A stretch of 63,496 nucleotides of DNA, filler included, from Stramenopiles sp. TOSAG23-2 (taxonomy: Eukaryota), in assembly GCA_900128395.1 (NCBI GenBank). It is 21 parts of 21 records of this genome, joined end to end, with 100 filler letters (N's around TTAATTAATTAA, not from the genome) between each part and the next. Parts side by side here need not be neighbours in the genome. Positions count along the whole stretch, not along the records: positions 9,131 to 12,072 come from LT651450.1; positions 12,173 to 15,112 come from LT651451.1; positions 15,213 to 18,151 come from LT651452.1; positions 18,252 to 21,189 come from LT651453.1; 17 more parts are not named here. One strand, given 5' to 3'. The notes beneath the pieces are model-generated. The model saw only the letters and a program-made list of their open reading frames with translations, made no database searches and had not been told where the DNA came from. Of the stretch, positions 11,134-21,289 are shown piece after piece (position 1 is the first letter of the stretch; each line of letters begins with the position of its first letter). The translations under genes were made by a program, and so were the position numbers.

Positions 11134-13252
11134 TACGGACCGTAATAAAATAATACGTTCGTGTATATATATTTATAATATTTACTCGTATAATATTAAT
11201 ATTTTAATTTTACGCATAATTTATACATGATATATATTCGAATACTCGTATTTATAAAAAATATGCCAAAATATCATAGAAAATTTGAGAGAGATTTTTT
11301 TATACTGCTTATGCTGCTAGATATTAAAAAACTAAAAATTCACCGTCATTAATAGCTGTATTAAACATCAGTTGAAAATTTTACTTTAACTTGAAATTTT
11401 TCATATGCATAAGATAACAACTATTATATACTTCTTGTATGTATTGCCTGTATTATATGATATTACAAACAAGAAATTTCTTTGCAAGTGATCCACTCCT
11501 TGCCTAAAAAGTCTAGGACCTAGATTAATCCTTGCCCAGCTTGTACCAAGTAATATAGCACAATACAAAAACAAATGCTCACATAAATCCCATACTCTAT
11601 TGTCCTGTACCTGGTAGTGTATGCACGTATCAATGCTATTTGGATTCTTTTAGCCGCCATAAGCTGCACGTGCTCATTTTAAGCCGTTTAACTTATTGAA
11701 CTTATTACATGTGTACACAGACAAAGCAAATCCCAAACTTATACAAGTTGTACATGTTACATGCTACATGTATAAGATAAAATACTGTATGTAGTATAGT
11801 ATGCATACATACAGTATAGAAGAACATTAGACGTATACCATACACAATAACAAACACCATCAACAACAGCAACGACACACACGCGCGTAGAGAGACAATG
11901 CCATATACGAACAAATATAAAATATTAAATTATGGTACCGCAAAGAAAAAACGAAATGAACGTGTATCAGAGATTGTATTGAAATATAAAATAGATGTAT
12001 TAGGTCATAACAATCCTCTCACACAAAAAAACATATAAAAAATTAGCATTAATCTGTAAAAACAATGGTGATNNNNNNNNNNNNNNNNNNNNNNNNNNNN
12101 NNNNNNNNNNNNNNNNTTAATTAATTAANNNNNNNNNNNNNNNNNNNNNNNNNNNNNNNNNNNNNNNNNNNNTGGTTGAATTTGGATTGAAACAGAAATT
12201 ATTACCAATGCCGGCGATATATTTTGGAATGTGGCCGGCGTGGTTGAGGAAGTGAGAAAGGGTGGGGGTGAGGCGGTGATGGGGATGGGCAGTGGGTAGA
12301 GCCGGGGAGCGAGTGATGAGTGAATGTGAGGGTGAGATGTGAGATGTGAGGTGAGAGATGAACAGAGTGAACGAGAGGTAAAATATTAGCACACTTTTCT
12401 ACTTTTCTTTGTTTCTTGTTTCTTGTTTCTTGTTTCTTCACTTCCCCACACTCCAAAAACTCCTTTACCTTTCCCCTTCCTCCTCTTCTCCCTCTTTCAT
12501 CTTCACTGCTGCTCCACGACGTTTTTCAATATTTTCAATTTCAACATCAAGTTCATATGACATCATATACATGGATTTGATTTCATGCCTTAAATTATAA
12601 TACCAATATTCCATTTCAGTACATCTAATTTTGCATATACCCGTCAATAATTGTTTCTTTCATTGCTATTTTTCTTTCTTGATCTAATGGATCTAATTAG
12701 AACTAACAGCAATAATAAAACTACTCAGGTAACCCCGCTATGCTATTCGAATATACAGTATGGCAGCGAATAATAAAACTATTCACTATGGAAAAAAGAA
12801 AAAAGGGATTTGCGGATGATGAAATAAGTGATAAATACGTTAACAAAAGTGCAAAACGTTGGCAATATAAATAACAAATATCTATGGGATAAAATGACAA
12901 AAAATGTCTCCAATTTTTAATATTTTGTTATCCAATGGGACATGAGATGGGATGCAGAGATTGTGATAGAACAAGATAACCCTCTTATATATATAACTTA
13001 TATTTATATATCGGACCTTTACTATTATATATATATTATACGTACCTTTTTCGAATAGTATAATATACATTGTTGGTGAAAAATTACACACGTTTGAATC
13101 ATTGTATAAATATTATAAAAAAATTATTAAAAAAAATCGTTCATATATTTTAAAATTTCATAATTATATAAAACTTGGAAATAAAACATACTGGTCGTCT
13201 AATAAATAATATTTTATACAACACAAAACATGCTGCCAAATATAATCAATGA

Positions 13253-14533
13253 AACCTCATCGATCATATCCTCCTATTAAAATCATATTGTAGCTTTAGA
13301 TCTGATTTAGATGAATTATTTGAAGACGAAAGTTTTGATAAAAAAGCAAAAACATTTTGGCCAAATATATGTTGTAAAGAACGACGTAATAAAAAATTAG
13401 AAGCATGTAGTCCACCTGAAGGTAGCAAAATAAAACGGGAAAATATAGTACCATTTGCATTATCACAAGGTGGTGATTATAGTCGTCATAACTTATATGT
13501 AGAAGTTAGTGAAGCAATTAAAGTAGATGGTTATTTACATAAAGGTATGAAAAAATTACTAAAATCGCTTGGAGAACATAAAACGAAATATGCACGTAAA
13601 ATAGTCGATTCTTTTTTCAATGAAGTGTCATTATGTGGGCCACGTATTGTTGATCAGCCAGGTGCAAAAGACAAGACAAAGTTGTGTGAATTATTTATAC
13701 CATATAAACATGCCATGACACAATTTTACAATTTAATTGAATTATTATTTGCCAAACCAATGACAGTTCAAGAAGGGTCGACATCATTTCTTGAATCGAT
13801 GGAATCTTCATTGCGTAAACGTCAATTAACAGCTACTAAAAATCGTTTAGGTAAAAATACAAATATGCAACAAATTATGCAAGCGAAGCCAGCTGCCACA
13901 AAACCAAAAGCAGAGCAACAATGCAAACATGCAGAAGCAGGTGCAACAACCACATCAAGTGAGTTGGCGGAATGGAAAAAAACACATTGTACTGGTTATA
14001 ATCATATCGATTTATCCAATACCGATGTAAAAAATATTGCAATATATTATTTGAAAAATGATCTTTCGTATGATAATAAGAAAATGTTGGGTTTAAAGCA
14101 TACATTACGATATGATGTCAATGATGATAGTTGCCCAGCCGCTCCATTATTTACTGCCAAAGACATTTCCATACAACAAGTAGCAATGGATACGTTAGGT
14201 AAAAAGAAAGAATGGGCCGCTGTAGTAAATTTAAATACAAAAGATGAAAATGGATATTTACAAAGTGAATTGCCAAATTGCAAAGTGCGAAAGTATTTAA
14301 TTGGTACAAAAGTCCAAGTGAAAGCATACGTGGATGATGATGGTTGTTGTGATGGGTTGAAAGAATATAAGCAATGTGACAGTGCATGCGTAGATAAGTT
14401 GACTGCATTGAAAGATAAAAAACATAAAGATTATTCAAAAGACGTGATTTTGGCAGGTACACATTATAAGGTGGAGAATTCAAAAGGTATGAGAAGAAGG
14501 TTGTTACAGGAGACAAATGGTGGTGGGTGCTAA
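13253..14533 (+). CDS. Cys-rich probable secreted-protein family member ending RRRLLQETNGGGC (N-terminus missing or spliced)
   Basis: The frame is open from 13253, about 98 codons upstream of the first ATG at 13547 (…FWPNICCK…). Contains TSFLESMESSLRKR and a C-terminal RRRLL-x7-C. Confidence 0.65.
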   Translation, partial: NLIDHILLLKSYCSFRSDLDELFEDESFDKKAKTFWPNICCKERRNKKLEACSPPEGSKIKRENIVPFALSQGGDYSRHNLYVEVSEAIKVDGYLHKGMKKLLKSLGEHKTKYARKIVDSFFNEVSLCGPRIVDQPGAKDKTKLCELFIPYKHAMTQFYNLIELLFAKPMTVQEGSTSFLESMESSLRKRQLTATKNRLGKNTNMQQIMQAKPAATKPKAEQQCKHAEAGATTTSSELAEWKKTHCTGYNHIDLSNTDVKNIAIYYLKNDLSYDNKKMLGLKHTLRYDVNDDSCPAAPLFTAKDISIQQVAMDTLGKKKEWAAVVNLNTKDENGYLQSELPNCKVRKYLIGTKVQVKAYVDDDGCCDGLKEYKQCDSACVDKLTALKDKKHKDYSKDVILAGTHYKVENSKGMRRRLLQETNGGGC

Positions 14534-14697
14534 TAGTGATGATACCATCATCAATTATACTCGTAAATTTTATTTTTATAAAGATCTCCTGTTGTTCACA
14601 ACAGGATCTTTCACTTCGACATCCTCACCAATTTCAAATGAACCCGACGTCCAGCCCGTACAACGAACGCGCACACGGAAGGATAGCAAGCTACTCA

Positions 14698-14881
14698 TGC
14701 TTGTAGAGTATTAGTTTACAGAGGTGCATTAGAGCTTTACTATGATATAGTAGGATAGAATATTATTCTTGTGCGATTGAGTATTTGGTATTTGAGCATA
14801 TTTACTTAACACGAGAAGTGTAAAATTATTAATTCGTACGTATTATAATAACTTACGACGTACAAGTAGATTTTAACCATC
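14698..14881 (-). repeat. Dispersed repeat, copy 2, directly upstream of a 40-aa ORF (14576-14698, minus)
   Basis: High similarity to the reverse complement of 5842-5987. Confidence 0.85.
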
Positions 14882-15315
14882 AATTTATATATCTTAATTT
14901 TATATATTATATATATATATAATCTCTCTCGTATTTTGTCGTACACACCTCCCCTAGAAATCATCAACAATCTCAATCAAAATCATTACGCGAATCGTAT
15001 ATATATATCATATCAATTATCATATCATTCACATCATATATAAAATACAAATCACATACATTTTACGAATACACACCATCTGCGAAATTCCATGCATCTG
15101 GATTATGCGTTTNNNNNNNNNNNNNNNNNNNNNNNNNNNNNNNNNNNNNNNNNNNNTTAATTAATTAANNNNNNNNNNNNNNNNNNNNNNNNNNNNNNNN
15201 NNNNNNNNNNNNCTATCTATTTATATCTGCTTCGTCCATTAGTAGCCAAATAGCATTGTAACTATCATTAGTAGGCGAATAGCATTGGCAGGCGAGTATG
15301 TCCCCACGGGGGAAA

Positions 15316-15325
15316 GGGACAAAGT
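15316..15325 (+). promoter_or_regulatory. GGGACAARGT upstream motif, copy 1 (inverted copy tgtccccacgg at 15299-15309)
   Basis: The same motif sits 60-100 nt upstream of three consecutive ORFs (15316, 16710, 17183/17205). Confidence 0.55.
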
Positions 15326-15390
15326 ACATGTTTCCATATATACCGTGAAATAAAATAGTTAGTATATATATACACAAAAAATCTTATAAA

Positions 15391-15837
15391 ATGTTCAGTA
15401 AAGTAAAAAAGTTATCCCAAAACAACACAGCAACCATGCAAAGCAAACGTACCCACTCCGAAGTCACGGAAAGTACCCCAATGACATCCAATGCGTCAAA
15501 AAAGCAAAAAACCGGATCTGGTCCAAAAAAGTTATATATGATGCATGAATTCGATTCCACTGAAATTGCGGTCGTGGTCGCAAAGAATACTCAGCAGGAA
15601 TTGGTACCGAAAATGGTACAAAAAGGACAAGAGGATAGCAAATATCCACTTCAAGTCAACACACCTGTAGTCTCTGTCCAGTACAGTGACATGAAAAAAG
15701 GTGGCGACGAAGGAAAATTTGGTAAAATCAGCAAAGAAGCATCCTACAATTTGAAAGTTAGAAGAGGATTAAGCGAGCGTGTAGCACAAGCATTACCAGG
15801 TACAGGTATATACCATGGGTATAAAGTCAAACAATAA
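15391..15837 (+). pseudogene. Truncated virus-like ORF, possibly an ssDNA-binding-protein-like N-terminus, interrupted at about 15799 by the TIR repeat
   Basis: The last residues (GIYHGYKVKQ) come from the repeat. YPLQVNTPVVSVQY loosely resembles the xxxTP motif of large-DNA-virus SSB-like proteins (weak). Confidence 0.4.
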
Positions 15838-16019
15838 ATATTCTGGGGGGGGTAAAAAAAAAAAAAAAAAATGAGTCAAAACCACACCCAATGGTATGTA
15901 AGCCTATTTAACCCCTGCTGTGTAGTGTTAATGTATTAGCTTTACATAGCATTAGAGCCCAAAATAGAAAATAATATATTTCTGGGGGGGCAGAATATTT
16001 TTTGTTTGACTTTATACCC
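15799..16019. repeat. Partial second copy of the TIR element at 16380-16680
   Basis: About 220-nt near-identical direct repeat of 16411-16631, differing mainly in poly-A length. Confidence 0.9.
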
Positions 16020-16379
16020 TTGCTGTGTACCTGTATATATTACGGGGGAATACCGCAAGGCTACGGCTTAAAATGGAGCTAAAAATGTAACACTACGATC
16101 TAAAATTAGCACCATATACCATTACAATGCTATTCCTATCGCCGTTAATGCTAACTCCATGTAAAAAATATTTAGCAGGTAAATATAATGTAAATTAAAA
16201 AACTTTTTTTACAATGCTATTCCCATAGTATTATTATTAATAGGATAAGCTTTTGTATGTTGTATTACATATTTATCTTAAAACGTATAATGTCCACAAT
16301 GCTATTCCCATAGTATTATTATTAATAGCATTAAAACTCAATCGATAACAAAAAATATCGATTTTTATCATATATATAT

Positions 16380-16680
16380 TATATACCATAATACTATTTC
16401 CTCCGTAATAGGTACAGGTATATACCATGGGTATAAAGTCAAACAATAAATATTCTGGGGGGGGTAAAAAAAAAAAAAAAAAATGAGTCAAAACCACACC
16501 CAATGGTATGTAAGCCTATTTAACCCCTGCTGTGTAGTGTTAATGTATTAGCTTTACATAGCATTAGAGCCCAAAATAGAAAATAATATATTTCTGGGGG
16601 GGCAGAATATTTTTTGTTTGACTTTATACCCATGGTATATACCTGTACCTATTACGGAGGGAATAGTATCATGGTATATA
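16380..16680. mobile_element. MITE-like / foldback element with 78-bp terminal inverted repeats
   Basis: 16380-16457 and 16603-16680 are reverse complements with 3 mismatches. The 145-nt core is non-coding; flanks are TA-rich. Confidence 0.75.
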
Positions 16681-16709
16681 TAATATATATAATATATATA
16701 TATACCGTA

Positions 16710-16719
16710 GGGACAAAGT
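16710..16719 (+). promoter_or_regulatory. GGGACAARGT upstream motif, copy 2
   Basis: ccgtagggacaaagt versus ccgtggggacaaggt at 17200. Confidence 0.55.
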
Positions 16720-16810
16720 GACAGATTCACATGTATATATATATATATTTACATAATTTTATAGTAGACAATGAAATATTTTAATAAACTTCATGATGCA
16801 TTAGAACACG

Positions 16811-17098
16811 ATGGTGGTCCCACTAGAAGCGTATACCAATGTGGTATACCGAAAAAAGATGCAACCAGACACTATTTTATTCCTTCGTTTCAATAATTGG
16901 TTCCATGCATTTCATCAAGACGCGGATGTCATTCGATCGATATTTGATGTAGAATATGACCCCGGGAATGTTGCACGGGTAAGCATACATTGTATGTATG
17001 TAGAATCATTATTTGAAACGATAGAATCGGAAAATTACGAAAGTGATATTTTTTATTTTATGCATACCAATGTTAACATGGTAATGTGGACGAAGTAG
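16811..17098 (+). CDS. Stand-alone MutS domain I-like small protein
   Basis: KKMQPDTILFLRFNNWFHAFHQDADVIRSIF matches the MutS_I pattern KxxxPDxILFFRxGDFYExFxxDAxxxxxxL; no ATPase domain follows. An out-of-frame ATG at 16771 may be the original start. Confidence 0.55.
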   Translation: MVVPLEAYTNVVYRKKMQPDTILFLRFNNWFHAFHQDADVIRSIFDVEYDPGNVARVSIHCMYVESLFETIESENYESDIFYFMHTNVNMVMWTK

Positions 17099-17182
17099 AT
17101 TTTAAGGTGTGGTAAAATAATTTTTTTATACTATATATTGTACTTACTAGAATAATAACGCTTTCCTAAGACATCATACCAT

Positions 17183-17214
17183 GGGGACAAGGAATACCTC
17201 CGTGGGGACAAGGT
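17183..17214 (+). promoter_or_regulatory. GGGACAARGT upstream motif, tandem copies 3 and 4
   Basis: ggggacaagg at 17183 and ggggacaaggt at 17204, 70-100 nt upstream of the CK1 ATG. Confidence 0.55.
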
Positions 17215-17282
17215 ACATATACACACCCACATATACATATATACATACACGTATATAATATACAAATAATAAAAAAAAAAGT

Positions 17283-17702
17283 ATGGAACTCCTCGTTGGT
17301 AAGAACTACCGTTTAGGTCGTAAAATTGGAAGTGGCTCGTTTGGGGATATTTACTTAGGAACGGATAGATCAACAGGGGAGGAAGTTGCAATCAAATTGG
17401 AATCGAGAAGAGCTGCTCAACCACAATTAATATACGAATCAAAAATCTATAAACTTTTGAATGGTGCAAAAGGATTTGCAAATGTACGTTGGTACGGAAT
17501 AGAAGGAGATTACAATGTAATGATCATCGATTTATTAGGTCCGTCTTTAGAAGACTTATTCAATTTTTGTTGGCGTAAATTTAGTCTAAAAACTGTTCTG
17601 ATGATCGCCGATCAATTATTATCACGTATTGAATATTTACACAATAACAGGTTTCTTCATCGCGATATTGACACGGGTACCGGAAAAGAAAGAGAAACGT
17701 AA
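17283..17702 (+). pseudogene. Casein kinase 1 family, N-terminal half only (breaks off after HRDI)
   Basis: [39 protein letters not shown] and [12 protein letters not shown] are CK1 signatures; KPDN, DFG and the C-lobe are absent. Confidence 0.9.
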
Positions 17703-17886
17703 GAGACCTAGGAATATTGCAATTAGTATAAACAATATATCGGAGATAGGCATTGATTATTCGTGTCCATCCTGTGGTAAGAGCACCAATATCAAGTCTA
17801 CTACGTCCATTCAATGCATTCATTGCGACCACCGGATATTGGAAAAACCTCGAATAAACAAGGCAATAACATTAAATGCAGTATAA
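17670..17886 (+). pseudogene. Divergent RNA polymerase subunit RPB12/RpoP-like zinc ribbon (5' end lost at the junction with CK1)
   Basis: YSCPSCGKSTNIKSTTSIQCIHCDHRILEKPRINKAITLNAV* fits YxCxxCG-x9-IxCxxCxxRILxKxR-x7-A of RPB12. Confidence 0.7.
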
Positions 17887-18251
17887 ATAAGGGTCATGAT
17901 CAATTTTGAATAGGTGGTACATGATGGGACCTCTCCCTCTATTTTTCAACACCCACATACACTCACACGAATGCCATTTCTACACTTTTTTATTATATAC
18001 AAAGCTGAAAGCAATACATAAAAGTCGTATACTGATCACCTGAACATTTTCTGATCGTTCTCCTGTCCATACACCACATATATGTCGAGCTTGACCCCGA
18101 TATGTGATTTTCAAGATCGGGTTAGTTTAGGGTTAGAGCCCAAAAAATCACNNNNNNNNNNNNNNNNNNNNNNNNNNNNNNNNNNNNNNNNNNNNTTAAT
18201 TAATTAANNNNNNNNNNNNNNNNNNNNNNNNNNNNNNNNNNNNNNNNNNNN

Positions 18252-19572
18252 TCATCTGTTGTTGCGGTCCTGGTGTCAATTGTTGATAATTAAATTGCTG
18301 TGGTGGAGGTGCTCCTAAAGGAGCCAATAATGGTGGTGGTTGGCCTGTTTTTTGTCTTTTTGGTGCACTTCCTTTTGTTCCATCCCATTCTGCTGGAGTA
18401 CCGACTATAAAAGGTTGTGCCGGTGACGGTTGTCGCTGCTGATGTTGTATTCTTGGTGGTGGAAGGAATGGTCTTGCTTGCATTGGAGGTCTTGGAGGTA
18501 GACCTCCAAGCTGTGGCGGCATCATATTCGGCGGTCGAGGATGTAGTGGTGGTTGGACCATATTATTATTATTATTATTATTATTCGGACGTAACATATG
18601 TTGTTGTTGTGCAACGGCGACGTTTTGTTGTTGTTGTTTTTGTTTATGTTGAGATTGTAATAACTCATATTGCGATATAGCATCCCAAGTCATGCTTAAT
18701 CCTTCAAACATTTGATCACTTACATTTTTTTCATTTGCTAAATCATCTTCAGGTCTATTACTCAATAAATCATCTGTAAATATACCAAGTTGGTTTTTCA
18801 ACAATTTAACTAATTTTTCTTTTTTCTTCTTTTTATTTTTTAATATTTTAATATATTCATCAATAAGTTTATAACTTTTTTTACAATCAATTGGTATTTC
18901 TTCAACTACTAGATCATTTGGAGTTTTGGCCTTAAATTTACCCGTAACCGCTCTTTCCTGTTCTTCGTCTGTTTGCTCAACAAGAGCTATTATATTGACT
19001 TTTAACAATTCAATACGATCAGCTTTTAAACTTTCAGTAGAATTTATTTTTTCATTTGCGAGAAGTGCTTTTATCAATGGATTTTTTGATTTTTTCACTT
19101 CTTCCACTTTTGGCCTTGAAATCAAATCTGGTAGCAATATTTCATCTAAAGGGACTGGAGCTGTGCCACTTAATATAGCTAGAAATTTCGCTGTTTGCGA
19201 AGCTTGGTAACATCCTCTTTCCCTCCATATTTCGCATATACGTTTTAATGTTTTCAATGTTTTACTATCTTCATTTTCAGCTTCTTTTTTTTGAAACTTG
19301 CGAAATGAACGTTCAATTGGTCTTAAGAAAGCAGAGACAAACAAATTTCCATTCGAATTCCTTGAAGACTGGATGACATCATTCAACAAGTAAATTAATG
19401 TTATGCGCTGTTCAAATTCGACAGCATCAAAGACATCTTCCCATAATTTTCGCTGCAACTCTATGTTTTCATAATGCAATATCATAAATTTGGTTACTTC
19501 ATTAATATCTTTTTGTTTTGAGCTAAGATTTGTTAACGTCGCTATGAATTCATCATTATTAAACTCTGCCAT
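18252..19572 (-). CDS. CID (RPR) domain protein, RPRD1/Rtt103-like (3' partial)
   Basis: N-terminal CTD-interacting domain (RITLIYLLNDVIQSS, LKRICEIWRERGCY), a coiled coil and a Pro/Gln-rich tail. Confidence 0.8.
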
Positions 19573-20359
19573 GGTGTATGATATGTCTCGCCGTAGTTCT
19601 TGCTTATTGTCACTTGTTTCTATAGCTAATAAAAGAATGATAATGATAATAATTTATAAAATTGTATTGTTGTTATTCTTTTTGAACGAGATATTATTCG
19701 TATCTGTAATCCGGACTAATTATTATTTATAATTTTTTGTATCATAATAATAATTCATTCCAGCCATCATTGAAATCATTATTCTTCTGGTGGTGGTATT
19801 ATTATTTTTTATTATACATCATACATCATATTATTAATTTTGTTTATCATAATAATCATAGGTAAAATTATTTATAAAGATAGCCAGCTGGGCCAGCCCT
19901 AAGGCCAGGATAGCACATATTTTAAGCTTATACTATAGCCGCCTATTAACACTAAATTAGTCCTAAAAAAAATACTACTTCTTTCTTATTTTTTATATAT
20001 AAATTAAATATTTAATAATTGCTATCCAGCTATTTTACCACAGGTATATATAATAATTACGAGGAGAGAAATGTAAATATTTATAAAGGTGTGAGATATC
20101 CCTAGAGCTATTGTAGTTTTCCTTGTCAGGTACTGGCAAGGAAAATCTCTGGTTCCCAGAGTAGAGCTATTGCCTGTCTGTAGATATTATATATAATATT
20201 ACCACTCTCACTCCTGGCACTCTCTTTTCACATTGATATCATATGATTTTTTACAAAAATAATCCACTCCTTCGCACGTAAACTATATTGTCTCTCTGTG
20301 TGTATATATATATATGTATATACATTTGTATATATATATACATATATATCTTAAATGCT

Positions 20360-20992
20360 TTACCAATCACCTTTCCCAAAATTTCTACTTGATTTATGAG
20401 TCAATGCTTCATGATATCGTTCACTGCTTTCATCCAAACCATCCCATAAATCTGGATCATCTTCATCCTCATAAACACTATAAACACGCTTCTTTTTTTT
20501 CTTTTTCTTCTTTTTCTTCTTTGCTGGTGGATTTTCTTTCTTCAACTTTTCTTCCTCGGCCTTTTTTTGACGGTCTTCCTCGGCTTTTTTTTGCGCGTTA
20601 TAAACTTTAACTTTTGCACTTGTAAGTTTTTTCAATGCTTCAAGCTCCTCCAATTTCATTTGTGGTCCTAATATTTTAAGTGTTTCAACTAAAAATATAA
20701 GTTTATTCTCATTCTCTGCTTTGGATGTACGCAATTTGACACCAGTTGCAACACCAACAGCACGACACATGTTATGGGAATCAATTACTAACTTTTCCTT
20801 TAAATCCGCAAAAATTTCATCCGTACTCATCACTACCTCTTCACTACTATTTTTTTCATTATTATTAATATTATTATTATCATTATTATTATTATTGGAA
20901 TCTTCGTTAATATTTACATCATCTAAATCATCTGCAACTGCTTCCCAGTCATCATTATCACTATCCTCCCAATCATCTGCAAGTGCGGACAT
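20360..20992 (-). CDS. Probable translation initiation factor eIF3 subunit J-like protein
   Basis: Acidic DDWED repeats at the N-terminus, helical core (LEELEALKKLTSAKVKVYNAQKKAEE), Lys run and acidic tail; similarity is compositional. Confidence 0.5.
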   Translation of the reverse strand: MSALADDWEDSDNDDWEAVADDLDDVNINEDSNNNNNDNNNINNNEKNSSEEVVMSTDEIFADLKEKLVIDSHNMCRAVGVATGVKLRTSKAENENKLIFLVETLKILGPQMKLEELEALKKLTSAKVKVYNAQKKAEEDRQKKAEEEKLKKENPPAKKKKKKKKKKKRVYSVYEDEDDPDLWDGLDESSERYHEALTHKSSRNFGKGDW

Positions 20993-21289
20993 GTTTGATA
21001 TACGCTTGATGTGTGTCTGTATATATGTATGTATGTATATGTGTGTGTCTGTGTGTATCTGTATCTTTCTTTGTTATCTGTGTTTATTATTATTATAACT
21101 ATGTATATATATGATTTACTTTTACTCTCTCCACTAATTCTACTAATCTTTTTTTGATAATTGTTTTGTTGTGATTTGCATTTTTTGTTNNNNNNNNNNN
21201 NNNNNNNNNNNNNNNNNNNNNNNNNNNNNNNNNTTAATTAATTAANNNNNNNNNNNNNNNNNNNNNNNNNNNNNNNNNNNNNNNNNNNN

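Noticed and set aside
12240-12430. GA/GT-rich purine-skewed stretch and short ORFs around it
   Set aside because: Low-complexity sequence (gtgaga, tttcttg repeats) with no recognisable product or RNA structure.
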